From Candidatus Poseidoniales archaeon (GTDB lineage: Archaea; Thermoplasmatota; Poseidoniia; Poseidoniales; Poseidoniaceae), in contig QQSA01000075.1 in assembly GCA_003602535.1 (NCBI GenBank), positions 3,853-63,338 on the forward strand: a DNA stretch of 59,486 nucleotides, read 5' to 3'. Below are positions 45,237 through 54,400 of this stretch, piece by piece; position 1 is the stretch's first letter; each line of letters begins with the position of its first letter. The notes below the pieces were generated by a model. The model ran no database searches, was not told where the DNA came from, and was given only the letters and a program-made list of their open reading frames with translations. Position numbers and translations under genes: made by a program.

Positions 45237-46364
45237 TCAAGATTTAGGGTCGGATGCTAGTCTCTTAGCCAAATGTCGGCGTTTATCAGCTGGCGGTTGA
45301 ACCCAACCTTCAATCATTGGTTTTCTTTCAATCTCAATCCAAGATAATTCGCTTTTAATCCTGCATTTAGGACACCTTACACCTTGACCTTTGCCCATTG
45401 ATTTCATTGTGCTTCCGCATTCACAAGTAGGTCTAATTTTAGATTTAGATTCTATAATTCGCATTGCTTCTAAGTGTAACTTCCCTTCGTATTCGAGTCC
45501 CATAAATTCAATCAAGTCCCCTGTTTCAAGCCATTGAGATAATTTATTCAATGGACCAGATTCGGAAAAACAGATTATACTTTGATTTATTATGACATGA
45601 CCTCCTTCAATAACATCCTTTGATTCCACAATGGATGTTTTAGTTGATTCAATATGATCTCCAGATGCCTGATTTGTCTTGAAAACTCTGTTTCCAATTG
45701 TCGGTGCACTACCAGATAACAATTCATTAGTGGCTGTGCTTGCCACATCAAAACTGGTTGCTCTAACTCCAAACATTACCGGGCATGGACCCCGTGGGGC
45801 AATCAGTCCTCTATTCGTTCGGGGGTCACGACAAAGGAATGTTCCATCCATATTTTCAACATTAGTAAGCACTTCATCACTTACATGACGTTCGTCTTTC
45901 CTCCATGCAATTCCTTCCCATGTAATACTTGTCTCTCTCCAAGCACAAGAAGCAGCAGCTCCAATTCTTCCTTGACCACCCCATTGGTATCCACCTTCTA
46001 CAAAACCTGCCTGACTTCTGACAGCCTGCCAGTAATATTTCTCATCAGGCTGTTCACTAAAAAGCGTCATTCCTGGGTCAGAAGGGTATTGTTTTCTTTC
46101 GGAGTGTTGTGATTCTGAAATTTCACCCTTCAATATGGAAATATTTTCATTCCAGTATTGATCTAACCATTCAACAATGCTTTCGTCGCAAAACAATTCG
46201 ACCGAAAGAGCTGCGTTACCTCTGGTTCTTTGGGCCGCAAATGGCCAAAGTCTAGTCAACCTTGGTTCTCCATATTCGCAAGGCAATGAATTCAGCAGTT
46301 CATGAAAAACTAGTGTTGTACAACCTCCGTCTAAGGAGTCGGTATCATCTAGTCCTAACCACAT
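45237..46364 (-). CDS. tiaS: tRNA(Ile2) agmatinylcytidine synthase
   Basis: GLDDTDS..GGCTT, RTRGNAAL, GRIGAAA, PCPVMFGVR, TNQASGDH, GGHV, CECG..MKSMG..RCPKC, RRHLAK. Confidence 0.9.
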   Translation of the reverse strand: MWLGLDDTDSLDGGCTTLVFHELLNSLPCEYGEPRLTRLWPFAAQRTRGNAALSVELFCDESIVEWLDQYWNENISILKGEISESQHSERKQYPSDPGMTLFSEQPDEKYYWQAVRSQAGFVEGGYQWGGQGRIGAAASCAWRETSITWEGIAWRKDERHVSDEVLTNVENMDGTFLCRDPRTNRGLIAPRGPCPVMFGVRATSFDVASTATNELLSGSAPTIGNRVFKTNQASGDHIESTKTSIVESKDVIEGGHVIINQSIICFSESGPLNKLSQWLETGDLIEFMGLEYEGKLHLEAMRIIESKSKIRPTCECGSTMKSMGKGQGVRCPKCRIKSELSWIEIERKPMIEGWVQPPADKRRHLAKRLASDPKS

Positions 46365-46366
46365 AT

Positions 46367-46966
46367 CTAAGCCACCGGACTAAATTCATCTCCATCATCA
46401 TTGTCAATGATTCTGTCGATTACACCAGCAATGCCTACATTTTCGTCCACTTGAAATAATCTAGCACCTACTGCCCATCCTGCACCCATATCTGAATCAC
46501 GATCACCAATCATCAGATCTAATGGGTGTATTGGAGTTGGTTTCTCTCCCCACCAATCCAATTTTGCATGAGATTTATTTCTGATAATTTCCGATGCTTT
46601 GTTTAACATCCCTGGTTTTGGTTTTCTACAATTGCAAAAATCACGATTTCTATGAGGGCAAGTCATCAGAACATCGAATTGACCAATTTCTTTTTGAAGT
46701 TTTGAATGAATTGAATGTATCATCTCTTCTTCCCATAAACCACGTTTTATTGCAGATTGATTAGTTACTAATGCAATTCTATAACCCAGTGTACGCAGTG
46801 ACATTATTGCCTCTTTAGCACCAGGAATTATCTTCAGTTCACTGGGATTGTTGATGTAGTTTGGGCTTCCATAGTTGAGGACTCCATCTCGATCAATAAA
46901 GGCAATCGCTCCATTCCATTCACCATCAAAATCTGAGGTGTTGACCTCGGCGATTGGACCCTCCAT
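46367..46966 (-). CDS. HAD-IIIA phosphatase (GmhB/histidinol-phosphatase-like)
   Basis: FIDRDGVLN, VTNQS, CPH..CNCRKPKPGML, MIGDRDSD. Confidence 0.9.
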   Translation of the reverse strand: MEGPIAEVNTSDFDGEWNGAIAFIDRDGVLNYGSPNYINNPSELKIIPGAKEAIMSLRTLGYRIALVTNQSAIKRGLWEEEMIHSIHSKLQKEIGQFDVLMTCPHRNRDFCNCRKPKPGMLNKASEIIRNKSHAKLDWWGEKPTPIHPLDLMIGDRDSDMGAGWAVGARLFQVDENVGIAGVIDRIIDNDDGDEFSPVA

Positions 46967-47040
46967 GTTTCTTTGCAAATCAATCATACCTATGTGCATT
47001 AAGGCGAAGTCATTAGATTACATTGCCTTCAGCGCTACTC

Positions 47041-47973
47041 ATGGCAGGTGACCTTCTAGTAGACAGGTCAGTCGCAACCATCCTTGGTGCGATTGGAATG
47101 TTTATTCTATTTGTTACTTGGAAAATGCGCTCAGGACGATTTGAAATTTTAGCTCCAATTGGTTGGATATTCACTGGGTTTTATTTTTTCAATGAAACAG
47201 GATCCTATTATGCACATGAAGACCCAGTATTGACTATAATGAGCGCTGCTACATTACCTGGTGCGATAGCAATTGCATTTTGGGAAAGGCGTGTTGAAAT
47301 CGAAAAGCAGGCCAGTGCTTTGAGGTGGTTTAGAGGGACAGTAGCAATAGCCGGTCTTCCATACATTTTGATAGCGCATGTTCCTGTTCTCAATGTCCTT
47401 GCAATTTGGTTTGTAGCATGGCAATCAGCATTACTACTCTCATTTGCCGGCGGAGCAGATGTTACATTAGGGGATACATATGCAAATACCACAAATGGTT
47501 CAGTCGAGTGGAGTTCTTGGGAAGGTAATCGTTGGTTCTTAACAGAAGAAATGTCAGAATTTTCATTCCACACTGAACTGATGGTTAACGGACAACATTT
47601 GCACATTAATTTCGTTCTTGCCTGTACAGCAATACAATCGATGATCATATTCGTAGGAGCAATATCTGCTTTGGATATTGATTGGAGAAAGAGAGTAAGA
47701 GCACTATTCATCGCTTTATCATTAATCCATATCCTGAACCTATTCAGAAATGCTGGACTGATTTGGTTACAAATGGGTTATCCAGATTGGCGCTGGATGA
47801 ATTTAACAATCTTCGAATTTGGTCATGCCTATGCTTCAAGATTTGTGTCCTTGGGTGCCATGTTCTTACTTGCACTTGTATTATTTGAGATGCTACCACA
47901 AATGCATAAGCATGTTCTCACAATTTTAAGGCCTCTTGGTCTTGCTCCGGGCAAAAAGAAGTCTCAATCATAG
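47041..47973 (+). CDS. artA: Archaeosortase A-like transpeptidase
   Basis: Multiple TM helices; catalytic LACTAIQSM (Cys), LNLFRN (Arg), and a His in FEFGH. Confidence 0.85.
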   Translation: MAGDLLVDRSVATILGAIGMFILFVTWKMRSGRFEILAPIGWIFTGFYFFNETGSYYAHEDPVLTIMSAATLPGAIAIAFWERRVEIEKQASALRWFRGTVAIAGLPYILIAHVPVLNVLAIWFVAWQSALLLSFAGGADVTLGDTYANTTNGSVEWSSWEGNRWFLTEEMSEFSFHTELMVNGQHLHINFVLACTAIQSMIIFVGAISALDIDWRKRVRALFIALSLIHILNLFRNAGLIWLQMGYPDWRWMNLTIFEFGHAYASRFVSLGAMFLLALVLFEMLPQMHKHVLTILRPLGLAPGKKKSQS

Positions 47974-50900
47974 AGATCAGAAACTACCATTTCAGCAGGA
48001 ACATCTGCAACAGGAGGTCCTAAGTCAATTGCTGGAGGAACATCTCCTGTAATCTGTGGACTAGTAGTATGTGTCATGCGTTCTAACATCTGTTCAGACA
48101 TATTATCTCGATTTTTCTCCCAAGCATACTCTGGTTCTCTCTTCGATCTAACAATCATGTAACCCAATGTTGAGACTAAAATCAATCCCAGCAAACTAGC
48201 TGAAACCCAAACTACGTCATTATCAACGCTTACGAACATATCTGCATTATCGCCGACTCCATCTCCATCTGTATCAGTATCTTCATCAGGATTGTCTGGG
48301 AATGCATCCTTGTCGTCAGGAGTTCCGTCTCCATCACGGTCTAGAGGGTCATATGTTGATACACATGAATCTTCACTATCCTCTAATTCGTTGAAGTCGA
48401 TATACATGTCACGATTCCTGTCTAAATCAATCAAATCAAATTTGTTTAATAGAGCTACACTTGAAAGGAATTCAATACTAAGTTCATCAGTTCCAACTTG
48501 TTCATATACGACATATAGTTCGTTGCTACAATCACATATTTCGATCTTTACTTCGTTCAAATCAAGTACACCGTCTTCATTGAGATCTACTTCTTCGAAA
48601 TCCTCATCACTTCCCAATTCGTCAACAGTTAAGTCGCCATCATCATTAAAATCAAATTCTTCAAAAATTTCTTTTGCATATTCATCACATGGTAAGATTT
48701 CATCAACTGGATCTGGATCTGGATCTGGACCAGGTGGATCAGTTCCTGGAATGTCGAAAGATTCCCAGGTAGCTACTATTGATATGTCTTCAATATCTGT
48801 ATTCGCAGTCATTGTGATGTCGATTCGCCCTGTTGCAAAGTAGATGTTGATCTCTTCTTCAGCTTCGCCGAAATCGGATTCGTATTCTGTCTGAGGCCCC
48901 CATTGTCGTCCTCCTGGACGATTATCATCCATCTCTTCCCAATCAATTTCTTCGGTTTCAGCAAACAATCCAAGATCGCCTTCTCCACCCCAAGTCTTGA
49001 TCACTAATTCAGAAGCCATTTCATCATCTAAATCAATGTAGAAATATAGATCCTCACCCTTTGGTGCACTCATTCCAGAAATTTCATCTCCATTGAATAA
49101 TTCGATAGGTTCTCCATCATATGACCAAACATATCTATCAGTAAATGTGGCAGTAATATCAATTCGACTGTAATGTTCTTCGCTACCTAGCAGAATGTAC
49201 CATCTACCAGGTGTAGGGTCGTTAAATCCAATTTTATCACCTGCGCCTGGAGTGTTAGAGTGTACATCATATGTTGTCCAAGTGGGGTATTGGTCTAAAC
49301 GCATCATTATTTTAGCCTCTCCCTCTCCATTATTCAAATCAACTTCAAGTCTTTCAGTACCTACTGGTACATCAATATAGAAATACTGGTCTAATCCCTC
49401 AAATCCGCTCAATGGACCATAGGGTATTCCTGCATTCAATTCAACTGCTGATTCAGGGTCTACATTATCTGGATTGTAAGTGAAATCAGCTTGGATGGTC
49501 ACTTCACGACATCCTCTGTATGATGTCAACATAACGTAGTATATTCCTGGCTCTGCATCAAATATCTGTACAGTTTCATCATTTCCGGGATTGTAAGAAT
49601 GATCAGATTTTGGTTGCCCTCCATTTATTCCTCCACCATTGCTCTCAGATTCTGGGAAGAAGAAGTCATCATCGTCCCATCCCCAATCCATAGTATATGG
49701 CAGTGCATTGTACGCAATATGCAATTCACAATCTCCATTGCCACCCCATGTCTTTATTCGTAATTCAGCTAATTCTTCTTGTAAATCTACGAAATAATAC
49801 AGCGGCTTATCGCTATTTCTGCTTATTCTTTGTCCAGTTATTGATATTGCATCATTTAGTTCAGTCATGTCATCAAGTTCTGGAGGTTCTGGGGCTTCTT
49901 CCCAATATGCACTAATCTCCAAATTGTTGATATCTTGATTCGAAGTTACAGTCATCCAATATGTTCCAGCAGCAGGCCACTCAAAGTACTCATAAACATA
50001 GAGTCCGTAATCATAAACCTCAATTTCATAATCGTGGTCCCAGGCTGAAGGTATATCGTTTAGTGAAATGTAAATCTCATATTCGGTGTCCTCATATTCG
50101 TCATAATCTTCAAATTCCCATGAAAACATACTCAATGTAAGGTATTGAGTATTTTCTGGAATTTCCATGAAGAACAGTAATGTGTCACCCGAATTAGATT
50201 CAAATCCTTCATAATACTCATCATTTTCAATTTCGAAAGCTTGTGCAATTACAGTTCCATCAGGCATAACCCATGATGCGCCATGAATATCTCCATGACG
50301 ATCTTCCAAGTCTACAGTGGTGTCTCCCTCGCCTTCTGGGAATACCCACAGAGACTCACTTCCTCCATTGTTTCCAATTCGAAGGTCATCCATCATTCCG
50401 CGGAAATAATTACAGTCACATCCTGCACCCATTCTACCTATGTACAACTCATCACAATCTTCTCCAGATTGGAAGCAGTCATTGGAACCGAAGTCTCCAG
50501 CAGGAATTTGAGATTTGTTAATGTCGATAAGACCAGCTGACTGGTTATCGATAAAGAACTCACCAGCGTAAGCAGTACTGACGACAACTTTTACGTGAGT
50601 CCATACATTTTCTTGTATTGTCATAGTTGATGTTGGATTTTTTGACATTGAATATTCGTTGGAATAAGCCAGATAACCATCATTTAGGTAAAGTCCCCAT
50701 CCATAATCGCCTAACATAGTGATGAATTGAATACCATCGGTATCAGGAACATTTACCCATGCTTCAATAACGATTTGATCATCTATACTTGGCATTTCTT
50801 CGTCAACAACGATATGGTCGTCATCTCCGTCAAATTTCAGAGCATAATCTGCTCCATCTCCAATTTCGACGACTCCATAAACAGGGAAATATTGTGGGTC

Positions 50901-51365
50901 ATCCTCTAAATCATTCCATGTGGCCGGCTCGATAGATCCCATATTAGTTCCAGTGATGTGGATATAATCTTCATCGTCTCCATCACCTGGTTGTCCTTCT
51001 CCCCAGTTACGGTAAAGGAATGGTGTCCCATCATGCCAGCGGAAGTCGCCTTCCGATTGTGAATCAGATAACCCAGTCCATAGATGTCGAGTTGTATCGT
51101 TATTTACTGCAAACGTATCGAAAATCCATTGATCTTCTTCTGCGTCATCAATAGTTACCAAGAATCCATCAAGACTTCTAGCTACCGATGCAGCTTCACT
51201 CCATGATGAAGCGGATAATAGGTGGTAAGTGTGGTTATTTGCTGGGTTTACTGCAGTTTGAATTACTTCGATTTCATACGGATCTTCAGCAGCTACTGGA
51301 GTGACTATTGGGCTAGCACAGACTAGTAACATCATTGAAATGAGGAGGAATGCCTTACGGTTCAC
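47964..51365 (-). CDS. Cell-surface protein: signal peptide, C-type lectin, LamG-like domain, 3-4 PPC-like domains, EF-hand/TSP3 Ca-binding motifs, TM helix
   Basis: WTGLSD..EGDFRW.DG..YRNWGEGQP..WND; ALKFDGDDDHI..WTHV; TWGGNGDCEL, PTPGRWYILL; DFNDDGDLTVDEL; TM VWVSASLLGLILVSTLGYMIVRSKR; start GTG 51365 or ATG 51416. Confidence 0.85.
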   Translation of the reverse strand: MNRKAFLLISMMLLVCASPIVTPVAAEDPYEIEVIQTAVNPANNHTYHLLSASSWSEAASVARSLDGFLVTIDDAEEDQWIFDTFAVNNDTTRHLWTGLSDSQSEGDFRWHDGTPFLYRNWGEGQPGDGDDEDYIHITGTNMGSIEPATWNDLEDDPQYFPVYGVVEIGDGADYALKFDGDDDHIVVDEEMPSIDDQIVIEAWVNVPDTDGIQFITMLGDYGWGLYLNDGYLAYSNEYSMSKNPTSTMTIQENVWTHVKVVVSTAYAGEFFIDNQSAGLIDINKSQIPAGDFGSNDCFQSGEDCDELYIGRMGAGCDCNYFRGMMDDLRIGNNGGSESLWVFPEGEGDTTVDLEDRHGDIHGASWVMPDGTVIAQAFEIENDEYYEGFESNSGDTLLFFMEIPENTQYLTLSMFSWEFEDYDEYEDTEYEIYISLNDIPSAWDHDYEIEVYDYGLYVYEYFEWPAAGTYWMTVTSNQDINNLEISAYWEEAPEPPELDDMTELNDAISITGQRISRNSDKPLYYFVDLQEELAELRIKTWGGNGDCELHIAYNALPYTMDWGWDDDDFFFPESESNGGGINGGQPKSDHSYNPGNDETVQIFDAEPGIYYVMLTSYRGCREVTIQADFTYNPDNVDPESAVELNAGIPYGPLSGFEGLDQYFYIDVPVGTERLEVDLNNGEGEAKIMMRLDQYPTWTTYDVHSNTPGAGDKIGFNDPTPGRWYILLGSEEHYSRIDITATFTDRYVWSYDGEPIELFNGDEISGMSAPKGEDLYFYIDLDDEMASELVIKTWGGEGDLGLFAETEEIDWEEMDDNRPGGRQWGPQTEYESDFGEAEEEINIYFATGRIDITMTANTDIEDISIVATWESFDIPGTDPPGPDPDPDPVDEILPCDEYAKEIFEEFDFNDDGDLTVDELGSDEDFEEVDLNEDGVLDLNEVKIEICDCSNELYVVYEQVGTDELSIEFLSSVALLNKFDLIDLDRNRDMYIDFNELEDSEDSCVSTYDPLDRDGDGTPDDKDAFPDNPDEDTDTDGDGVGDNADMFVSVDNDVVWVSASLLGLILVSTLGYMIVRSKREPEYAWEKNRDNMSEQMLERMTHTTSPQITGDVPPAIDLGPPVADVPAEMVVSDLYD

Positions 51366-51464
51366 GAGTTTTTGGTGCAGGAACTCGTTTTTTAATGTAG
51401 CACTTGATTTGTTCATAAAACTGGTATGCAATAGTGAACATGTAGTATTTGGTAAGTCATTTTG

Positions 51465-54400
51465 TCACTTTCGGCGTTTTCCACCGATTCTAAGTTCAGT
51501 TTTGAGTGGCATCTGGTGCTCCCAAGCGAATTCTTTTACAATCCTCCAACCTTTCTCAGATCCTTCATAATCAGTGACTTCGATAATCTTGTCACGAGTA
51601 TTGGCCTTGAATGCTGCAACTGGTTCAGCATTATGGAATACCAAATATGCACTGCCAAATCCGAATTTCTGCTTCAAAACATCTGCGAAATATGGTGCGA
51701 TTGGATCAGATGGAGGTATGACAAAATCTCGTATTGGAGGTACATTCTTTGCTTCTTCAAGCAAATCTTTTTTGCCCCAGCAAACTTCGTGTAGGTCCTG
51801 AATTAAGAAACCTTTAATCAAGGTAGAATCCTCTTCAAATTCGTTCAATACAGCTTTCAATTCTTCGGGCTTGAATGGAGTTCCTGCTAGCCTTGTGAAT
51901 TGTTTTAGAGTGATAACTGGATAATCGGAAACCAGCCTTCTAAGATACTCTCTTCTTAGTATAACAGGATCTAATCCCTGTCTTGGGGCGACTGATCTGA
52001 AACCGCCTCGATAATCTTGAACCATATGTCCACTTCTTAGTAATGGCTGAATCAACTTACGGAAAGCAGCTCTTTTCATGGCGTGTCGTTCCATGAAAAG
52101 GTTGGGGTCACTGTGAGTTTCAAAGAATTCTAGGACATCAATCAACTCTTCATTTGGCTCTTGTCCCCTGATTGCAAGAAGTGTGGAGAAGTGGTCATAA
52201 GATGCCCAAACCTGATGACCTCTGAGGTTAATTCCTTGATGCAACTGATTTGCGCTAGCCATATTTTTCAAGCTTACACGATAAACCTCTGCTCTACCTC
52301 TTAATCCAAAGTCATCCCTAACTTCCTGGACACTTTCCAATGCATCGATTTCGTTTTCTAGCCTTGAGTTTTGGTGTAAATGATGGCGATGGAATAATGC
52401 TCTTTCAGCAATCTCTCTAGGTTGTGGATCAACAACTCCACCTCTAATCATTCTGTCACCTGCTAATTTGAATCCAATATTCTCCAAAGCATTGCGTAAA
52501 TCATCTTCTAATTCGGTTACTGGTACTCCATTAAATTGTGATAGAACTGCAACGTCTACCAATTGGTCAGAGTGATTGTCGAGCAATTTTTCAAACGCAT
52601 TACAAAATTCATCTAGATATGCGTATGGAATGTGCATGTCTTTAATCTCGAGATAATCATTAATCTTGAACATCAAAACTTTTCCAATCGGGTCTACTCC
52701 TTTGAATACAGGCAGATACCAACCTCTGTCTAATACTGAACGAACTTCCCAAATAAACCTGGAAACATAAGGGTCAGACTGAGTCAAAATCCTAAGAGTT
52801 CTATCTTCTCTGTTTGGCGAATTTAACTTCGAAACTTCTTCCGGTAGAACATAGAATGCCTCAGGTTCAGGAACTAATGCCATTACTCGACTAATCCTTC
52901 CATCATCTTCCAGATTTTTTAGTGCTATTGCCAATTCTTCAACACTTCGTGAAACATAATAACGCAGTGTGAATGCTTTGACTGGTCCCATCCTTGCAAT
53001 AACTTTCACTAAAGCATCTTCGAAACTTAACGGCTCATACACCTCATATACACGGTGGAATAGAGATAATCTTCTTCGCCTTCCGACAACATCTTCAAAT
53101 TGTTTAACCAAGCATAATTGACGTTCTAGATTACTAATTGCATTCTTGAGATCTCTTTGTAGTGATTTGTAATCATCGCCCTTAGGGAAGTCTGCTAATA
53201 TTTCTTGCCGGGTTAGATTTTCTCCCTTAGGTATCTTTTCCAGAATCAACTTCTCCATTTCACCTAACCAAGGTTCGGGTTTCAATCCCAGTAACATAGG
53301 TAGATTTTTGCGAGTAGTATAGCCTATTCTATTATGTAACAAACGCCCCATTAGAACATCGGAATCTAATTGCAAATCTTTCCAATCAGCATACCTGAAG
53401 TTCTCAACTCTGTAAAGCATTTCTTGTTGCTTTTGGAATAGAATATGTTGGTCAAATGCTGTAAATCCATCTGGATATTTTTGGAATGATTTGTGCATTA
53501 CCAAATTCTGGACCCAGCGGTATTCAACAACATCCTCTTCTCCGCCAGTAATTCGGTGTTCATCGACTTTGAGGATATATTCTGCATCCTCTGTTTGAGT
53601 GAAGAACCCAACCGAAATTACATTGCGAATTTCTAATTCATGCAATATTGAATCAATTTGACCTTGAGGGAATGGCAATCTTCCAGAAATGTCATCGCCT
53701 TTTGCTGGCCCTTCACTACCTAACATTTCGATGATTTTTACGCGAAGCGCTTCATGTGGATCGGAAATAGTTTTCTTTTCCCATTTAGTAGGTTTAAGTC
53801 CATCAAATTCGAATCCAACTTCGTATGTTATGCCCTTTGTGTAAAGGTCTCTAACATCCTCCATTTCCTTTCCGCCAGCTTCAGCAATACAACCCAATGT
53901 ACCGTGAATTTCTGCCATGTAGGTCGAGAACCATTTGTCATCTAATGCCTTCACACCAGTAGAGCGAAGCTTGGTAATCTTGCCGGCTGCTGCTAATTCG
54001 GTAACCCAGCCTTCGATTGTGCTGTGATCAATACCTGCTAACTTTGCAGCATAGAGTGGATTTTCCCAATTTCTATCGAGCCCTCCACCCTTGCTCATCA
54101 AATGCAATAACTCTGAAGAATTTGTAGGGTTAGGAACTTTTCCAGTATAGTAGTCCTTCAATTGTTCATCTGTCAGTTCAGTTGCTAGACTTCTATTACC
54201 CAAGAGTCTTCGAAGGATCTCTGGGTCGATATCCTTGACCAAAAATGCCCTTGTTTTCATCGAAAGTAAATCTTCGAATGTACTCATGTAAAGGCTCATT
54301 CCGAGTCTAGATGGAACAGGAACTTTTGTGTGAACAATTCTTGCTTCTGATTCTTTACTTGCTTCAAGGAATTCATTGAGCGATTTTATGTCAATATCTC

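Noticed and set aside
46367..46966. gmhB as evidence of LPS heptose synthesis
   Set aside because: HAD-IIIA motifs do not specify the substrate, and no gmhA/hldE or glycosyltransferase genes are nearby
48292..48843. 183-aa Ser-rich plus-strand ORF, and similar antisense ORFs inside EF-2, OPT, rps7, ipk and artA
   Set aside because: Antisense shadows of well-supported genes, with no motifs of their own
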